Source: Mobula hypostoma (taxonomy: Eukaryota). Taken from it: a stretch of 64,000 nucleotides of DNA. The notes beneath the pieces are model-generated. The model had not been told where the DNA came from, searched no databases, and saw only the letters and a program-made list of their open reading frames with translations. This document shows, piece by piece, positions 51,551 through 64,000 of this stretch (the stretch's first letter is position 1; each line of letters opens with the position of its first letter). Location: assembly GCF_963921235.1 (NCBI RefSeq), contig NC_086097.1, positions 228,348,001 to 228,412,000 on the forward strand. The letters are read 5' to 3'. Position numbers and translations under genes: made by a program.

Positions 51551-51879
51551 TCAAGAAATAGCAAGTGTTTGGAGTTAGTCATTACTGAATGAAACAATGA
51601 GTCTCTTTTGATGCAACCTCCCAAAATATTCAAACAGCATTCAATTTATAAATAAACTTCATTATGCATCATAAACAAAACTGGATATGGCATAGTTTAA
51701 TTTTGGGTTATTTCTTAATTCTCTATTGAAGTGTTTTCCATTTACCAAGGAATGGGTGCTAACCATTATACTTTGCATACATTGTAAGGTTGCTGAATTT
51801 ACAGTCTTTCGGCATTCCAGCGGCCCAGTCAGCAGCGGGAGCAGCACACACCGAAGAGGTTTCTCGCAGGTTGGCAGCA

Positions 51880-53190
51880 CTCATTTAAAAGCAGAGCTTC
51901 AAGGGTATACAGGCTCATTCCAGTAGCCCAATCAGTGGCAGGAGCAATGCATAAAGGAGTAAATAAAAGTACAGAAGGGACCAGCAGTGCGGCTATTGTT
52001 GGGAGTGGGCCAGTGTGAGAGTGTGGGCTCAAAGCAGGCATTGGCTCTGGGCAAGTTGTCCAGGTAAGTGTCTGTTAAGTTTCCCTTTTCCCTTACTATG
52101 TCAGGGTACTTAGTGTAGCTTAAATGACCATCGTGTGTTTTTCATGCCAGATGCTGAAGTCCTGGAGAGACCCCAGAGTCTCCTAGGGAACTATATCTGT
52201 GTGAAGTGCATCCAGCTGCAGCTTCCTAAAGACCATGTTAGGGATCTGGAGCAGCAGCTGGATGATCTTCAGCTTGTACGGGAGAGTGAGGAGATAATCA
52301 AAGTTACAGGGAAGTAATCACCCTCAAGTTGCAAGAGGCAGATAGCTGGGTGACTGTCAGGAGAAGGAAGAGGGAGGTGAATAGGCAGTTAGCGCAGAGC
52401 ACCCCGTGACCTTTCCCCTCAATAATAAGTATACCATTTTGGATACTGTTGAGGGGGATGACCTCCCAGGGGAATGCCATGGAGACTGGGTTACTGTCAC
52501 TGAGCATAGATCCATGGTGCAGAAGGGAAAGAGGAAGAAGAGGGGAGCAGTAGTGATAGGGGGCTAAATAGTCAGAAGAACAATCATGCTGTGAATGGGC
52601 CACCTCCCAGGTGCCAGGGTCAGGGACATCTCGGATCGGATCCACAACATTTTGGAAGGGGAGGAGAGCAGTCAGATGTCTTGGTACATATTGGTACCAA
52701 TGACATAGCGAGAAAAAGCAAAGAGGACCTGAAGAGAGAATTTAGAGAGCTTGGCAGAAAGCTGAGAAGCAGGACCTCCAGGGCAGTAATTTCTGAATTG
52801 CTACCTGTGCCATGTGCCACTGAGGGTAAATGTGTGGCTGAGAAGCTGGTTCAGGGGGCAGGGCTTCAGGTTCTTGGATCATTGGGATCTTTTCTGGGGG
52901 AGGTATGACCTGTTCAAAAGGGACGGGTCGCACCTGAACCCGAGGGGGATCAATATTCTCACCGGCGGGTTTGTTAGAGCTGCTGAGGAGGGTTTAAACT
53001 AATTTGGCAAGGGGATGGGAACCGGAGTGACAGGACTCAGGATAGGATGGATGATGAAAAAGCAAAGATAGTGTGCAGTCAAACTGTCAGGAAGGGCAGG
53101 CAGATGATAGGGCAAAATTGCAGCCAGCAGGGTGAGCATCAGTGCATTAGGGATGCAGAATCACAAAGGGCATCAAATACATTACCCTAG
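51880..53190 (+). mobile_element. CR1 5' region: ORF1 zinc-finger/coiled-coil and esterase remnants
   Basis: YICVKCIQLQL...LEQQLDDL, VLVHIGTND and DLFKRDGSHLNPRG. Confidence 0.8.
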
Positions 53191-55010
53191 GGCCTACAGT
53201 GGTATTAGGAAGTTTGTGAACCCCGTAGAATTTTCTCTATTTCTGCATAAATAAGACCTAAAATGTGATCAAATCTTCACACAAGTCCTAAAGCTGGATA
53301 AAGACAACCCATCATGCGCAACTGTCTCCAGGGTTTACAGAGAATGGTGTGAGTGGCATTTCTGTGGGCAAAGTCATCTCGTCAATGAGAGAGGTTAAAG
53401 GAGAATGGCCAGACTGGTTCAAGTTGACTGGAAGCCAACATTAACTCAAATAACTAGGCATTACAGCAGTGGTGTGCAGAAGAGCACCCTGAATGTACAA
53501 CAGGTGGGTGACCTACAGCAGCAGAGGACCATAAACATACACTGAGAACCTACTTTATTTGGTATAGGAGGTACCTAATAAAGTGGCCACTGAGCATAGG
53601 CAGTGAATGCCAGGGCCCCAGGGAGTGACATTGAAAAGAAAGACCAAGGGATATCATTACATAACTCCCTTAAAGTGAAGATATAGGTAAATGAAAATCA
53701 GATTAAAAGAATTAGCTTCATTTGTCACACCTACATTGAAACATACAGTGAAATGCATCATTTGCGTCAATGACTAACAAAGTCAGTGGGTGTTCTGGGG
53801 GCAGCCTGTAGCGTCGCCACACTTCTGGTGCCAACACAGCATGCTCATAACTGACTAACTCGAACTCGCACATCAGTGTTTCCTACCCATTTTTAGCCCA
53901 CACCCCCTAAAACACTTTCATTCTCGCCACCACCCCCCGAAGCACTTTCATACTTGCCAACGCCCCTCTTAGGCACAATATACTTTCTGACACCCCCATA
54001 CTGTAAAAATGTACCTACCATATGCTAACATGACAAAAATGGTTCCGCTTTAAAGTTTCATTTGTCTTTAAGCCTAGCTTACACAGTACCCGTGTACTGC
54101 ACAACAGCTTTGATATCAATGTGATCCCCGAGCTTGATGGTTTTTAGCAAGTATTGAAATATCTGGTTAAAGTTGTGATAGCAAAAACTGTAAGTCCCCA
54201 CCGGTGCCAACGTCCAAGTGGTTTCTATTTTTCATGAGTATGTGGTTCACTGCACTGAAGCCTCTTTCAACAAGGTAGGAGGATGGAAACGGAATGTAGA
54301 GCAGATTGGCACTTTTCCAAAGACCAGGAAACTTTGTAGGGCAGTATAGCGATGTATCACAAAAACCGACATTTTTGAAAAGCATTTTTGCTTCTTCATC
54401 ATTCTGAATTTCGATAATTTCTTCTTGCAAGCTCTCTCTTCCTGTTCTTCTAATTTGCAAAAAAATGGGATAATTACCCAGTCCAGCACTTCCGGACTGC
54501 TCAAATTCTTTAGTCAATTTTGAAAATACATCTTCAGTGACTGCAGGTGTAAGCAGTACGCTTGCAAATCGCCGTCTGTGAAAGAGAGTGCCATACTTTC
54601 CATGAAGGGAAACCATGACAATGTTCTTCTCTCAATGTTGTACTTTTACATTTCCAATTTTCTGATAAAAGTGGAAACTGCACTTCCAGCCTAGATTAAA
54701 TTGAAATTCTCACCCTGCAGTTATGTATTTAGAATGTTCATTTTGTCATACAGATTGGCTAGGTATGCCACATCTCCTTGAAAAAGTTCAATCTTGTTTC
54801 CCAGGCTCTTGTTGACTTTGAGCAAAAATTCAACCACAATGTCAGGATCAAAGGCACATTTTAAGCAGCAGCCTGTTGACAACCAACACACTTCAGTGTA
54901 AAGCAGCAAACGTTCAAACTCTTCATTGTTATCTTGGCATAACTGGTGAAATATTCTTCAAAGTTGCTGGTGAACGCAGCAGGCCAAGCAGCATCTGTAG
55001 GAAGAGGTGC

Positions 55011-55046
55011 AGTCGATGTTTCAGGCCGAGACCCTTCGTCAGGACT
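55011..55046 (-). ncRNA. Minimal hammerhead ribozyme motif
   Basis: agtc CTGACGA A GGG tctcgg CCT GAAA CATC gact. Confidence 0.6.
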
Positions 55047-55723
55047 AACTGAAGGAAGAGTGAGTAAGGGATTTGAAAGTTGGAGGGGGAGGGGGAGATC
55101 CAAAATGATAGGAGAGGACAGGAAGGGGGAGGGATAGAGCCGAGAGCTGGACAGGTGATAGGCAAAAGGGGATACGAGAGGATCATGGGACAGGAGGCCT
55201 AGGGAGAAAGACGGGGGGGGGGGTGACCCAGAGGATGGGCAAGAGGTATATTCAGAGGGACAGAGGGAGAAAAAGGAGAGTGAGAGAAAGAATGTGTGCA
55301 TAAAAATGAGTAACAGATGGGGTACGAGGGGGAGGTGGGGCCTTAGCGGAAGTTAGAGAAGTCGATGCCTACACCGAAGAAGTTTAGAAAAGTATTTGAA
55401 CATCGACTTCTCTAACTTCCGCTAAGGCCCCACCTCCCCCTCGTACCCCATCTGTTACTCATTTTTATGCACACATTCTTTCTCTCACTCTCCTTTTTCT
55501 CCCTCTGTCCCTCTGAATATACCTCTTGCCCATCCTCTGGGTCAACCCCCCCCCCCCGTCTTTCTTCCCAGACCTCCTGTCCCATGATCCTCTCGTATCC
55601 CCTTTTGCCTATCACCTGTCCAGCTCGCGGCTCTATCCCTCCCCCTTCCTGTCCTCTCCTATCATTTTGGATCTCCCCCTCCCCCTCCAACTTTCAAATC
55701 CCTTACTCACTCTTCCTTCAGTT

Positions 55724-55759
55724 AGTCCTGACGAAGGGTCTCGGCCTGAAACGACGACT
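55724..55759 (+). ncRNA. Hammerhead motif with mutated cleavage triplet (GAC)
   Basis: agtc CTGACGA A GGG tctcgg CCT GAAA CGAC gact. Confidence 0.5.
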
Positions 55760-58133
55760 GCACCTCTTCCTACAGATGCTGCTTGGCCTGCTGCGTTCAC
55801 CAGCAACTTTGATGTATGTTGCTTGAATTTCCAGCATCTGCAGAATTCCTGTTGTTTGGTGAAATATTCTGCTATTTAGTGGATGACCATTAATTTTGTC
55901 GATAGCAGATATTACAAGAGGCATGCTTGGGAAAAAAAAGTCACTGGCTGGGGTTTTTGGTTGTCAGTTATTGACAATGAATTACACAATGAATTGCCAA
56001 CGGACTTGGAATTTCCTTTTTCATAAACCAGCATGGTGACCTGTCATATATAGTTCTCCATCTGTTCCACAAGAAATCATGTTCCTAATCAGAATACTTT
56101 TATCTTCAATATACATTTTGAGCTCATCATAGATCGATTCTCCATGGACATTTGTTTTTAACTTTTGTAAAAAGAGAGTCACTTCATAAAGTTCTGCAGT
56201 TTTTGATAAACCATACATGTGTCATTATCAATGCTTCATTGTCTCACTCATTTTGTCAACATGATGAGCTACAAAGTTATTATTCAGAGGAATTGATTTT
56301 ATAATACTTGTGTCAATTTTGAGAACAATAGACAACAGGTGCAGGAGTAGGCCATTCGGCCCTTCGAGCCAGCACCGCCATTCACTGTGATCATGGCTGA
56401 TCATCCACAATCAGTACCCCAGTGGCGTCACCCAGTAACAGTGGTGAGCACTTCTGATACAGCAGGCATTATTATTCTTTCACCAATTGTATGAGATTTT
56501 CCACACTTTGCTATCATTTTGAAAATGTTATAGGAAGCAATGAGACTACTATCAGGGTCTTTTTTTTTTAAGCTTTCTTGGCAAATGATTCAAGTGTGGA
56601 ATGCTTTTAAAATGCTTCCTTCATCTTCTGGAACTGACAAAGTTCTGCAGTTCTGCAAGACCACAAGTAGCCTTTTCAGTGTGTTTTTTAACAGAAATGT
56701 TCCTGCAATCTTGACGGCTTCATTAGGCAGTACAGCACTGGCTTACAAATAAAACATATGGGGCATTGCTGATCTGACGGGAATGGAATAACGCCATATT
56801 CCTGATATGTAACATCCTATTGACACACTCTCTGTAATTTCTGTTTCTTAGCAGGATAAGAATTCAAGCCTTCACTGCCTTCAGACTCAGATCGTGCAGT
56901 ACATATTTATCCATCATTAACAGGACTAAATTAAAATGAAAAATTAACACAAACTGAGAATGCCTATCGGATGTTAATGACGGATGGAATAATGGTAGCG
57001 GCATGCAAAGGAACAGCAAGGCAAGGATGAAGATGACAATGGCAAAAATTACATTGACAAGGATTCAGATTGGAATCTGAAAGTTAGTCGGGATAGAGCT
57101 AGTGTTCAGCAAGCTACCTTTATATTATTCGAGTTAGTGTATTTGAACAATCATGTAAGGTCTCATAATCCCAAAGATGGGTCTTGACCACACATATGAA
57201 GCTGAGGATGTTTTGAACATCTCAAGAGGAATCCTCGGGGTTGGCAGGTTCACTGATTGGCTCTATTTCACCATTTGGTTCTGGCCAGCGCTGTATCATT
57301 GTGCGACCTGTTTTCTGTAGATCTGCAGAGAAAGTTGAGAGGGTGTACTTAACTTACCAACTGTTAAATTGCATGAACTCGTTCCGTGCCGCGAGTCATG
57401 GGGAACTGTTTGGCACCTTGGTTGCTAATTTATGCATCCCCAATAATGTCTGTTTGTTTGGTAAAGTCCGATGAGATTGCTGAGTTTCAGACCCGTAGTG
57501 ACGACGAGTGCTCACCGCCTGCAGAGCTGTGGTTCTTCCTGTGTTCCAGTGCCTCATCCTTTTCTTACTCTACTCTACTAATGGTCGGTCGGGTCTCGTG
57601 CCTCAAGTTAGGGTGCCGCTTACCGCCCATCCCAAGAGTCTTGAATGCTCCCTGATGACCTCTATTTCCCCTAACATCCCCTTAAGGCACATAACTGCCC
57701 CCTTGAGGGGGGGAGGTGGTACTGCCCCCGTTGAGAATCACTGTCATTCATCTTTGAAATGTGAGGAAACTAGAGCATCTGGAGGAAATCCACACAGTCA
57801 CAGGGAAAATATACAGATTCCTTACAGACAGCAGCAGGAATTGAAGCTCGATTGCTGGTACAGTACTGTAAAGCAGTTTACCAAGAGCTACATTACTGTG
57901 CTGTCATTGACAAGGTGGTGAGGATGACACAAGGCATACTTGTTTTCATTGAATGCAGCACTAAGTAAAAGAATCAGGACAACATGTTTCAACTGTACAA
58001 GACACTGATGAGACTGGAGCCGGAATTTCAAGTGCAGCTCTCGTCACCATACTGTAGGAATCACGTGATTAAGCCAGAGAAGGTACAGAACAGATTCACA
58101 ATGATGTAGCTAGGATTAAAGGTTTTGAGTCTA

Positions 58134-59183
58134 TGATAGATATTCGCTTGTATCTCATAGTTGCTAAGCTTCCTTTCTAAAGAGCAGCTGCCATTTGAAA
58201 GGCCACAAACAGTTGTAAGTAAACTTTCATCGATATTGCTTGTTTAGCTTCTAGTATTAAATGGAAATCAGACCCAGTTCTTAAATGTAAGTAATACCAA
58301 TTAGCTTGAAATTAAAAAAGCACTTTTACTTTTCAGTTACTGCACCTACATTATTGCTCAAGAGTAGAGTACAAGATAATGGGCTGTTAATATGAATTGT
58401 TTTAAAAAGAAAAGCTGACTCTTAAGTTGATTAGTTCAAGATAGCTTGCAGAACCAGATGGATAATATCATTTAGCATATCAATAACTGAATGTGTTTAT
58501 AATTGGAAGAGTTTAACGACTCAAAAGTTAGCTTTACAGTATTAATGATAGCTAGCTTAAATCCATGTCTCTGAAAATGCTTTTAAGCCATTTGTGTTAG
58601 AAGAATATCTGAGGAAATATCACATGCTTGTGAAGTCAAACAAGCCAATGGAAAGGGTATAACTGTAGAGAGCAGTTCAGGCATATTAGGAGTGTGGTAA
58701 GGAACATAAAGAAGCATGGAAGAACTAGAATCCATTCCTCCAACTTCAGTTTATGCAATGAACAACTTGCTTGTCTGCATCTTTGATGTGCATTTTTAGT
58801 TTAAAAGAATTGTACCCAAGTTTTGGAAATCCTTAATCCTTTATGTTTGAGAAATGCTTTGTGTTTTAGAAATGGTTTGTAATTGGAAAAATGTTTAAGA
58901 TAAAAAATCTCCTGAGTTTTAAATGTGTTTTAAGAGTTTTGTGTGCTGCTTAATGTGTCTCACTGTAAACAAATGAACTGTGTTTTCAACTACTTTATTT
59001 GCATCTTCTCCTTGGTAGAGAGAGAGGACTCACCACTTAAATAGTGAAAGACTGGGTAGTTATATTATAATCTCTCTTTAGTGAGTACTCGTGGGTATTC
59101 AATATCCAAAAGGTCTTAAAGTCTTTGTTTGAGTTTAGAACTTTGCAGTCAGCAATCCCAATACCATCACATTTGGCACCCAA
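58134..59183 (+). mobile_element. Possible old LTR followed by a PBS-like motif
   Basis: ...ATCACA tt TGGCACCCAA at 59166-59183; the 5' boundary is uncertain. Confidence 0.35.
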
Positions 59184-60819
59184 AATGGTCACATTATACA
59201 AAAAATATTATTTTAGAAACAATTTTTAGCAGTAGTCCAACTCTGAGCACATTCGATAAGTGCTGTAGCACTCCTCCTAGTACTATAAAATGGTCAAGAT
59301 CTGGTTTCCTGTAGTTGTGCAGGCAAATGCTGGTCAATATTATGAACGTACTAATGCAATTGCAGGCACATGAGAAAGTACCCCGACAACTCCTCAAATT
59401 CATTAAATACTCCTCAAATTATCAAACTACGTATACATTATACAACCTTGAGATTCATCTCCTTACGTACAGCCACAAAACAGAGAAACCTCAAAAGAAC
59501 CCATTTTTAAAAACTGTCAAACACCTAATGTGCAGGGAGAGAAAGAAAAAAAACAAATTGTGCAAATAATAAAAGTAAGCAAATAGCTATGAAAGACATG
59601 AAGCTAGACAATGACATCAGTGCCACTGAAGCAGCCTCGGTTCACTGCAGAGCTGAGTAATCATCGCGGAGCAGAGAGCAGAACAGGACCTCACCTCACT
59701 TCCAGTCCTGACAACCTGACCTTTTCAATCTAGCCCAGTGCTTAAATCGTCCAAGCATAGGATTGATCCTCGCTCTTTGGCCACTTTCGGACTTCAACCC
59801 CACCACCACAACTTGGCCCTTAAGGATGCCACCGTTCTGCCTTGACTCCGCTTCCACCCTGCCTCCACTTGCCTCGACCACGCCTTCCCTGCGCCTCAGC
59901 CTCCCTCGATCATTTCTCGCCTCTCCTTTGCTAGCCTTGATCGTTATTAACAAAGTGTGATTAATGTTATTTAGTAGTTTTCTTTGTTTTGTTTTTTGCC
60001 GCTGATAAGTTAGTTGCTGGACATCACTAGCACCATCGTAAACCAGAAAGGGAGTAGGGGTAACTCCCTTTCCGGAGTAGGGATTAAACACAATGAGTAT
60101 TTTATTCTTCAAGTCAGAAACTGGAATTATGAAGGGATAGAACACAAGGTAGGATGCAGATTAGAGAGACCAGACCCCGCTGTATGACCTGCTGGACTCA
60201 GCCCATCACTAGATCCCAACAAGGTAGCAATAATTCATGCCTGAAGACAATGAATTGGCCCCTTTTTTTGATGGAAATCAAGAACACGGGTGGAGACCAC
60301 ATGCTCACATGTTAGAACCTGGTGCTGCAAACATCTTAATTCTGATGCATGGGGATATCATGCATTCCTTAAAGGTGCATGAAGTAGAGCTCATTCCAGT
60401 AAAACCCTAGAGGTACCAATGAAAACTGGAGAACAGATGCTTGGGAACATGCACTAGAATTACTAAAAAGTTTGACCATAGCCTGTAAAAGAAGAATACA
60501 GGGACAGGCTTCCGTACAGGGATTAGCTGCAGCTTCCCCAGTACAAACGTCCCATCAACTTGTTAAACCTTTGACTAATCATAGTCTGCAGGCAGTATGC
60601 ACCACACCTCCAAATAATGCTGAAGGAATTCTGAATTAGCTATTTCGAATGCCAGGAGGTTACAGGCCTTCTAAGAACCTGACAAGGCAGTTTGGGGACC
60701 ACAAAAAGGGGACTGAGAAAGAAATGCCATTAAAATAATTTCAACCCAGGTTTCCATCCAGATGCTGAGCACTGACCACAACCAATCTGGACATCAGAGG
60801 TATGAGAGGAGGGGGTTCC

Positions 60820-61335
60820 ATCATGGGAGTGGACAGAGTCAGAGTGGTGAGGTTTTGTCTCTTTGAGGCTTCACTTAGAGAAGGCAAAAAAGAAAAGCTC
60901 TAGGTAGTGTTTTTTTTCTTTCCTTCTATACATCTGCTCAGTTAGGACAGTAGGCATGCCAGGAAGGATAGCTGAATGCTTCTCTCGCAGGCTGTGGGAA
61001 GACAAGGAGACCTCCAGTGTCCATGAAGACTACACCTGCAAGAAGTGCATCCAGCTACAGCTACTAACAATCCGTATTAAGGAGCAGGAGCTGGAATTGG
61101 CTGAACTCCAGATCATTCGGGAGGCTAAAAGGGTGATAGATAGCGCATAAGAGAGATAGTTACACCCAAGATGCAGGACATGGGAAACTAGGTGACAGTC
61201 CTGATGAAGGGTCTCGGCCTGAAACGTTGACTGTACCTCTTCCTAGAGATGCTGCCTGGCCTGCTGTGTTCACCAGCAACTTTGATGTGTGTTCCCAGAT
61301 GGTATGTTGCCTCCCCGATGCCAGGGACCAGGTGT
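60820..61335 (+). mobile_element. CR1 ORF1 5' fragment with an embedded Penelope terminus
   Basis: YTCKKCIQLQLL..IKEQELELAEL. Confidence 0.7.
61197..61232 (+). ncRNA. Minimal hammerhead ribozyme motif, core intact
   Basis: agtc CTGATGA A GGG tctcgg CCT GAAA CGTT gact; palindromic ACGT stem III and GUU triplet. Confidence 0.7.
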
Positions 61336-61344
61336 GTGTGTATA

Positions 61345-61395
<51 letters not shown>

Positions 61396-61420
61396 ATACA
61401 TACACACACACACACACACA
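61332..61420. repeat. (TG)n / (CA)n microsatellite
   Basis: TG run followed by a CA run (self-complementary). Confidence 0.9.
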
Positions 61421-62324
61421 GAGAATGCATTGTTTTCAGTGTAAGACAGACTCAGACTCCAGGAAGAAATGTTACTTTTGCTGTATTATTATACTGTAAG
61501 CACAAATATTAAAAGTAAAATATTGTTCAGTGCTGCCTTACTTACCATTTGTTTTTTCGCAGATGAAGTCACATTTACCACGGATATTGTCTCATCTGGC
61601 TTGGATATGCCTAAAACTTAATGACTCAGAATATTATTTACAGGGGTTCTGAGAGCAATGGTGATTCTAATTTAAATATCACTAAATGGCCCTTACCTTT
61701 TGGTCATATGTGAACTTATACACTAGAACCCTTAATACTTGGCTCTGCCAAAGTGATTGTTCCCATCCACGTAAACATTCACAACGACTGCATTGCAGAT
61801 GAAATGAACGTAGTTAGATGGGAAGGTAAAGAATCACTTACATAAATTATTAATAACACCTCAACAAAACTGAAAGATTGCAGCCCAGATATTGATGGTA
61901 AACTAATAGAAAAATCCCTTGACATGGATCCCTCTACACTTGAAGAAAAATATAGACACCGTTATGTCATTCAATGGTCCCACTCATGGGAACATGGCAT
62001 TGAAACTGTTAGACTAGAACATTGTGCAAAACCAAAATTGTTTTAAAGAAGACTTCCACCATCCGAGAGGTATCTTATTGCACTTTCCCCTTAAGGCCAA
62101 CAGGTATATCAGCATACTTCCTACAAAGATTTTAGTCATTTCTATATCTCCAATTATGGCTACTAATCCATCCCATCGTTAAATGTCAAGCTAACATGAC
62201 AATTTTCTGCATCTCTGGATTATGTTCCAAAAGGGTTTAGCTAAACCCTCAATCCAGGTCTTTGCATGTTAATATGCACTGAAGCAGAAGCGAAGATGAA
62301 GCAAAAATGTTTTAGACTACATTA

Positions 62325-63155
62325 TAACACCATGAGCTAATGGAGCAGAATTAGGCCATCGAGTCTGCTCCACTATTTCATCATGGCTGATCCAATTTTC
62401 CTCTCATCCCCAATCTCCTGTCTTCTCCCTGTAACCCCTTCATGTCATGGCTAAAAAAAAATCTTCATCTACGTTCTATTCTGAGGCCATCCCCTACGGT
62501 CATAGATTCCCCCACCAGAGGAAACATCCTCCCCTCATCCACTCTATCAAGGTCTTTCACCATTCGATAGGTTTAATTGAAGTCACCTCTCATTCTTCTG
62601 AATTCCAGTGAATACAGGCCCAGAGCCATCAAGCGCTCTTCATATGACAAGCTATTCAATCTTGGAATCATTTTCGTGAACTTCCTTTGAATCCTTTCCA
62701 GTTTCAGCAAATCCTTCCTAACGGACCCAAAACTGCTCACAATTCTCCAAGTGAGGCCTCACCAGTGCTTTATAAAATCCCAATAGTACATCCTTGCTGT
62801 TATATTCTCGTCCGCTTGAAATGAATGCAACCATTGCATTTGCATTCCTCACCACAGACTCGACCTGCAAATTAACCTTTAGAGAATCCTGCACAAGTCA
62901 TTCTGTATTTTCTCTCCAGTTAGAAAATAGTTAACCTTTTCATTTCTTCTACCAAATTGCATGACCATACACTTTCCAACACTGTATTTCATCTGCCACT
63001 TCTTTGCTCATTCAGCTAGTCCTTCTGGTGCCTCTCTACTTTCTCAAAACTACCTACCACTGCCCCTCCCCACCTATCATCTACAAACTTTGCAACAAAG
63101 TCGTCAATTCTAATCACTGACACATAACCTAAAAAGAATCAGTCCCAACAGAGTT
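62325..63155 (-). mobile_element. CR1 3' fragment
   Basis: Same family as 10325-11425. Confidence 0.75.
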
Positions 63156-64000
63156 TTCCTCCCTGGTCAATGGAAATCGATAAGTCCAATAAGCATTGTA
63201 GAGATTTTAGTCCCAGAGGTCATTGTAGCTACCCAGATTTCATATTTGCCCAAGTCAAACAGTCATAAATAGTTCACTCTGTGGTGCAAACTTTATAATG
63301 AAAATTAGTTCTAAATTATTAGTGTCCTTATGAATTCAATTATATCTCAGAGAGACTTCGGCTACAATTTGTAAAACAAGGAAATAAGCCTATAACAAAA
63401 TTTTACTGTTGAAGACTAATTGAAAATGCTAAAATTTTGGGGTTTCACAGATAACATTACTTCCTAAATAGACAATGTTACATACACAGGCAAGCCTTCA
63501 ATTACTGCTGCGTATTCAGTCGCATTGTGGTACCATCACAAACAGAAAGAGAAAAAAACTAACCCTAACCCAAAACAATTTTCATGATTTCTAACAATAA
63601 AATATGACAGTGAAGCTGCCTCGACAGCCACTGCTCACTCTCACAATCACACTGATGTGATCCCTTGGTTCACTCAGAGGGTGGACTGTGCTGATGACCA
63701 CAGTTGTTCAGACATACTGCTACCAGAGGATCACTTACTCTTTAAAGTTCATAAAGGAAATAAATCTTGGAATAGTTTGATGATTTAACCCATGTTGCGT
63801 ATCTCAAGATAGAAACGCAAGTCCAGTTTGAAGGAATGATTTATGATGGATACAGAACAAAGAATGTTTTTAAAGGACTTGATATTTGTTAACAATGGCT
63901 AGAAGAAACTCAGTCAAATTAAAAGAATATTTCTTTATTCATCGCAAGAATAGCAGAACTGACCATCACATGAACAGGCACTTTTTTTTACTTTCACAAG

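Larger units (their letters stand above)
54958..55856. mobile_element. Penelope-like near-perfect inverted-repeat insertion with 14-bp TSD
   Basis: TSD tggtgaaatattct at 54944-54957 and 55857-55870; ~400-bp arms with a ~36-bp spacer. Confidence 0.9.
53874..57743 (-). mobile_element. hAT Buster/Charlie-type transposon with decayed transposase
   Basis: CAGTG...CACTG ends; LLYTEVCWLS, PFPSSYLVERGFSAV and TDGE motifs; splits a SINE and hosts nested insertions. Confidence 0.8.

Noticed and set aside
61160..61512. HT- and CV-rich ORFs
   Set aside because: Microsatellite translation artefacts.
1..64000. CRISPR arrays, rRNA, true tRNA genes or prokaryotic operons
   Set aside because: None seen; the tRNA-like boxes belong to SINEs.

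Overview
Vertebrate genomic DNA, most likely a cartilaginous fish such as a ray (inferred from the repeat complement), and mostly transposon-derived. The one host gene I can reconstruct is a minus-strand, four-helix cytokine of the IL-7 family that the ORF track misses. Four coding exons (33912-33767, 33681-33598, 25521-25384, 16268-16116) with GT/AG sites join in frame into a signal peptide plus a mature domain ending in a helix-D CW motif. A candidate ATG exon at ~35862 would give 174 aa. The 5' end of the window looks like the 3' UTR of a convergent plus-strand gene. The rest includes CR1, RTE and Rex1 LINEs, a full-length L1 with intact ORF1, Tc1, hAT and Harbinger DNA transposons, solo LTRs, a BEL/Pao remnant and SINEs. 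An abundant Penelope-like family carries minimal hammerhead ribozymes (about 10 recognisable copies) and repeatedly inserts as tail-out inverted repeats with 13-14 bp target-site duplications, one ~90 bp from the last cytokine exon. All calls are by eye; no database searches were run.
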